A stretch of 38,707 nucleotides of DNA, from the IMG/VR virus record IMGVR_UViG_2529292997_000008, positions 1 through 38,707 of that record; one strand, written 5' to 3'. Both the position numbers and the translations under genes were made by a program. The notes under the pieces are model-generated. The model searched no databases. It saw only the letters and a list, made by a program, of their open reading frames with translations, and had not been told where the DNA came from. Source of the DNA: a virus. Taxonomy: Duplodnaviria > Heunggongvirae > Uroviricota > Caudoviricetes. Shown here piece after piece: positions 34,998-38,707 of this stretch. The first letter of the stretch is position 1. Every line of letters begins with the position of its first letter.

Positions 34998-35364
34998 AAT
35001 CTTTAATTGCTGTACCTGGTGAACTGTGTGTGATTGTATTGTATACAGACTTTGCCTTACTGCGATCTTTCCATTCTTTTAGGATGCAGTTATCAAACTT
35101 TGCGATAACCCTTGAAGGGGATAATTCTTCAACATCCATGTAAGTAAATCCTATCGTGCTGGTTACTGAATACCATACGTGATAACTATAATTACCGTCA
35201 TGCTCGATTCTTTGTGGTTCCCCCATTATTTTATTCACTTGCTCACAAGTCATTCCAACTTGCAAATTTTTATCAGCTAACTTAACGAAATCAGTTGATC
35301 TTGCGCACCCTGTAAGAGCTAAAGCCATAACACCAATGAGAACCGCTTTGATTATTTTTTTCAT
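34990..35364 (-). CDS. moron lipoprotein with BamE/SmpA-OmlA-like motif
   Basis: 124 aa; signal peptide plus lipobox LTGC; GMTCEQVNKIMGEP resembles BamE motif; opposite strand inside tail module. Confidence 0.7.
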   Translation of the reverse strand: MKKIIKAVLIGVMALALTGCARSTDFVKLADKNLQVGMTCEQVNKIMGEPQRIEHDGNYSYHVWYSVTSTIGFTYMDVEELSPSRVIAKFDNCILKEWKDRSKAKSVYNTITHSSPGTAIKDFN

Positions 35365-35374
35365 GATTTACCCC

Positions 35375-36034
35375 TTAATTCCAGTTGCAAGCGTTTTTCA
35401 CTTTGTCGATGTGGTTATAAAGACCATCAATGTTAAACACTGCTTTCTCAATGTCGCCAGCTTCCGGCACTACTTCAATGATGAATTGTTTTTCGTTAAC
35501 CAGTTTTTTAATCATTGGGATGGCTTTTTTGCCGTCCCATAATCCAAGAGCTTTATAATTAGTTGACCGCCACCACTCAGTAGCTACAGCTTTGTGAACG
35601 CCGATCCGGTAGTTAATATAAGTAGTGTCCCCGGCGTCAGTTACATGGTGTGACCATGCTACGAACATTTTTGTTTTATTACCCTGGCAAGCGATTGTTA
35701 ATACCGGTTTATTCTTATCCTGTGCCTTCAGTGTCGGGAAAGCATCAAGACTTCCGCTGAATTGTTCTGCTTTCACAAAAAGGAATACGTTTTTTGCGTC
35801 CTGCATATCATCTTTTCTTTCAACTACAAGCCACTGTTTACCAGCATTTTCTTTTTCTAACTGTGCATCGTATGCGGCTTGTTTTGCTTGTTGTTCTGCA
35901 AGCCATTTAGCATTTTTCTCTGCTAATGCTTGTTGCTCTTGATTGGTCACTATAGGCGCTTTTTCATTATCCTCATTGCAACCAACCAGACCCAATACCG
36001 CCGCAATCATTGCCACTTTTGCTAACCGTTTCAT
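35375..36034 (-). CDS. moron lipoprotein (219 aa)
   Basis: Signal peptide plus lipobox LVGC; Gln/Ala/Lys-rich linker; GGTGGG RBS; own promoter at 36082-36121. Confidence 0.7.
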   Translation of the reverse strand: MKRLAKVAMIAAVLGLVGCNEDNEKAPIVTNQEQQALAEKNAKWLAEQQAKQAAYDAQLEKENAGKQWLVVERKDDMQDAKNVFLFVKAEQFSGSLDAFPTLKAQDKNKPVLTIACQGNKTKMFVAWSHHVTDAGDTTYINYRIGVHKAVATEWWRSTNYKALGLWDGKKAIPMIKKLVNEKQFIIEVVPEAGDIEKAVFNIDGLYNHIDKVKNACNWN

Positions 36035-36081
36035 AACCCACCACGCTAACTTGATTTACTGACCATTCCCTTTAGCTTCCT

Positions 36082-36121
36082 TATACAAAATGGAGTCGTT
36101 GAAGTAAAGCCATTTTGTATA
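36082..36121. promoter_or_regulatory. 40-bp inverted TACAAAATGG motif pair with divergent promoters
   Basis: TATACAAAATGG-16 nt-CCATTTTGTATA; minus-strand TTTACT-17-TATAAG inside; plus-strand TGTATAAAAT extended -10-like element. Confidence 0.5.
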
Positions 36122-36161
36122 AAATAGATACACAGATCACATTTTTGCATGAGGTTAAATC

Positions 36162-38504
36162 ATGGCTACCAGTGTAGGTACAATTTATTACGAAGTTGAT
36201 GCGAAAACTGGTCAACTTCTCGTTGCACAACGACAGGCAGACCAGGCCTTTGATCGTATAGAGCGCGGCGCAAAACAGGCTGACCGCCAGGTAAACACCC
36301 TGAAAACATCCATCAAGGCACTGACCAGGGTTATCCATCTGCTAATTGCTGCGGAGGCTGTGCGCCAATTTATGGATATGGCGGAGCAAGCAAAAATGCT
36401 TCGCGTAAAAATCAAAATGCTTACGGGCGATGCGGAGTCCGCCGGACGGGTTTTCGACGGCCTGAAAGCAATATCCAGGGAGACGGGGCAGAGCCTGAAA
36501 GATACTGGCGAATTATGGCAAGGCCTGGCTATCTCACTAAAAAACACCTCCGCTACGGAAGGGCAATTGCTTAACCTGGTTGGCACTATTCAGAAAATGG
36601 GTGCATTAGGCGGCGCGTCAGCGGAACAGATGTCTAACTCAATGCGTCAATTCCGTCAGTCTATCGACGGCGGTGTTCTTCGTGCCGAAGAATTTAACAG
36701 CCTGCTTGAAAATACGCCGACCATCGTACAAACAATGGCCCGCCATATGGGATTATCAATGGGCCAGTTCCGCGCCGAAATGCTGGACGGCAAGATCACG
36801 GCTGAAAGGATGGTTAACGCAATACAGGCGGCTACGCAGGAAACAAACGATAAGTTTGCTCAGTTGCCGCGCACATCCGGCATGGCTATCAATGAGCTTA
36901 AAGTAGAAATTATGGGCCTTGTTGAGCAGTTGGATGATCTTTTTGGCGTGTCAGATGGCGTTGTTTCAGCTATCGACTTGATCACGAAAGGCGTTAAAGG
37001 GCTTGGCGATGGCGCTAAATTCGCTAAAACCTGCTTCGACACACTCAAAACGGCTGGTAGCGAATTTATCGACATGTTTGATGATGTGGCTGTTAAGGCT
37101 GGAGAGGTGGCAGAGAAGATCATCGCAATGGTGACGCCAATCAAGGCGCTAATGGATGGCTATAAATGGATGAAGGAGGTAGTAGGAGAGCAAACCGACG
37201 AATATAACAGCAACTACGAGAAGAAATACGGGAAGACCGTTGGCAAGGTCATGCAACTACAGGATGATCTGACCGCAGCAATCCAGGCTACAGAAGAAGC
37301 AAGGAAAAATGAACAGAATGCTGCCAATGACGGAGCGATTACCGGATTCGACAAGCCAGTAGACAAGCCGAAAAAACAGAAAAAAGAGAAGAAATCGGAA
37401 GCTGATCGGCTTGGTGACAAAGGTATAAGCGTTTCTGATCAGTACAACAAAGACGCCGCCGCCATGCGCAAAGCGTTGGAGAACGGCAAGGCCATTGATG
37501 CTGCATTTGCCCAGGGTAAAATCACGCTCCTTGAGTACCGCGCCGCGCAAAAAGGGATCGGCAAGGAACTGAAAGAAGAATTAGCACAAATTCCGGTAGA
37601 TGAATTGCGTGATAAATGGTCACAAATAGTAAGCCCGATGGATCAGCTAAAAGGCGAAGTTGACCCCATCCAGCAGGCGCAAAATGAATGGGCCATCCGT
37701 AAGCAAATGCTTATAGACCTGGGCGCTACTGAAGCGCAACAGAAACAGGAATTGTTAGCCTATGAGCAACAGATCCGCGATCTGAAATGGGAACAATGGC
37801 AGGCGCAAAGCGACACAAACGGCCTTATCGGTGATTGTGTTAATGGCCTTAAAGGCGGAATGAGTAATGCGCTTGTTGGCCTGTTAAACGGCACTCAATC
37901 ATTGAGTGATGTTTTTGCTAACTTAGGAAGCAATATACTCGGCAATATCGGTAACAGACTCTCAGACATAGCTGCAAACTGGATAGCAGATCAGATCATG
38001 ATGGAGACACAAAGCAAGGCCACGCAAACAAGTACAACAGCAAGCGCGGTAGCAGCTCAGGGAAGCATTGCTGCGGCGGCGGCCCCAGCAGCGGCGGCAA
38101 CTGCGGCGTCAACTGGCGGTAGCTGGGCGGCGGCTGGTTCGGCGGCGCTCACTGCGATCATGTCGCTGGCTACGTCAATTTTCGGCGGCGGTCGCTTTAA
38201 TGGTGGTAGCGTCATTGGTGGTAATATGTACCGCGTAGGGGAACACAACAGGCCGGAGCTATTCCAGACATCTAACGGCAATCAATATATGATCCCTGGC
38301 GAGAACGGCAGAGTTATTCCGGGCCGTGATATTGGCGGCGGTGGCGGTATTAGTATGCCTGTCAGTATCAGCATTCAGACCACGAACGGATTCAGCGACG
38401 AAGACAGCCGCAGACTTGAATTAACAATGGAACGTGTAGCCATGAAAATGATAACAAGGGAATCTCAAAGACCAGGCGGAATGTTGCAACCTCGCCGCAA
38501 ATAA
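36162..38504 (+). CDS. tail tape measure protein
   Basis: 780 aa; long helical Ala/Gln/Glu-rich protein, Gly-rich C-terminal region, in tail module. Confidence 0.8.
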   Translation: MATSVGTIYYEVDAKTGQLLVAQRQADQAFDRIERGAKQADRQVNTLKTSIKALTRVIHLLIAAEAVRQFMDMAEQAKMLRVKIKMLTGDAESAGRVFDGLKAISRETGQSLKDTGELWQGLAISLKNTSATEGQLLNLVGTIQKMGALGGASAEQMSNSMRQFRQSIDGGVLRAEEFNSLLENTPTIVQTMARHMGLSMGQFRAEMLDGKITAERMVNAIQAATQETNDKFAQLPRTSGMAINELKVEIMGLVEQLDDLFGVSDGVVSAIDLITKGVKGLGDGAKFAKTCFDTLKTAGSEFIDMFDDVAVKAGEVAEKIIAMVTPIKALMDGYKWMKEVVGEQTDEYNSNYEKKYGKTVGKVMQLQDDLTAAIQATEEARKNEQNAANDGAITGFDKPVDKPKKQKKEKKSEADRLGDKGISVSDQYNKDAAAMRKALENGKAIDAAFAQGKITLLEYRAAQKGIGKELKEELAQIPVDELRDKWSQIVSPMDQLKGEVDPIQQAQNEWAIRKQMLIDLGATEAQQKQELLAYEQQIRDLKWEQWQAQSDTNGLIGDCVNGLKGGMSNALVGLLNGTQSLSDVFANLGSNILGNIGNRLSDIAANWIADQIMMETQSKATQTSTTASAVAAQGSIAAAAAPAAAATAASTGGSWAAAGSAALTAIMSLATSIFGGGRFNGGSVIGGNMYRVGEHNRPELFQTSNGNQYMIPGENGRVIPGRDIGGGGGISMPVSISIQTTNGFSDEDSRRLELTMERVAMKMITRESQRPGGMLQPRRK

Positions 38505-38510
38505 ACTAAA

Positions 38511-38538
38511 CCCCGGTGCAATGCCGGGGTTATTTTTG
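38511..38538 (+). terminator. rho-independent terminator after tape measure gene
   Basis: CCCCGGT-GCAAT-GCCGGGG hairpin plus TTATTTTTG; near-copy of 31922 hairpin. Confidence 0.7.
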
Positions 38539-38540
38539 TG

Positions 38541-38568
38541 CACAGAAAACCCCCAGCTAGGCTGGGGG
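38541..38568 (-). terminator. candidate convergent terminator for minus-strand transcription from beyond the window
   Basis: CCCCCAGC-TAG-GCTGGGGG hairpin with T-run on the minus strand only. Confidence 0.4.
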
Positions 38569-38707
38569 TTCCGGAAAGCTTTCAGCTTTAAGCCAGTTAT
38601 TAAAACCCCTTTTGATTTGTTAAAACACCTTGCGGTCTGGCAACTGCAAGTGTCAAACAAGAAATCAAAAGGGGGTCCCAATGGGGAACGAAAAGAGCTT
38701 AGCGCAC

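Noticed and set aside
38421-38681. 86-aa minus-strand ORF at the right end
   Set aside because: Overlaps two terminator hairpins and the 3' end of the tape measure gene; likely spurious.

Overview
This window reads as a near-contiguous segment of a temperate, lambdoid-mosaic siphovirus-type phage or prophage from an enterobacterial host. All calls come from reading the sequence and the ORF track by eye; no database search was run. Left arm, minus strand (374-5724): replication module with a DnaB-family helicase, an HTH plus calcineurin-like phosphoesterase protein, a strongly AT-rich inserted gene with a Vsr/DUF559-like endonuclease C-terminus, a replisome-organizer-like initiator and a small Cro-position DNA-binding protein. 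Immunity region: CI-type repressor (6030-6677), terminator, a sigma70-like PL-type promoter, a boxA/boxB nut-like site and an N-like arginine-rich protein. Rightward on the plus strand: ERF and SSB, a block of small accessory genes, a DNA-modification cluster (Dam-like N6A methyltransferase, a polytopic membrane protein, a compact C5-methyltransferase-like protein), NinG, RusA, a Cys-rich Q-position protein, a second block of about 25 small genes, and a lysis cassette (pinholin-like holin, R21-like SAR endolysin, Rz with embedded Rz1). These are followed by an HExxH protein, a tandem array of eight 22-34 codon single-helix micro-ORFs, terS/terL, portal, head genes, and tail genes up to the tape measure, interrupted by a two-gene lipoprotein moron on the minus strand. 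No rRNA, tRNA, CRISPR array, integrase or transposase was seen. Main leads: the micro-ORF array, a dispersed promoter-associated TACAAAATGG motif family, near-consensus CRP-type palindromes, the modification cluster and the AT-rich endonuclease-like island.
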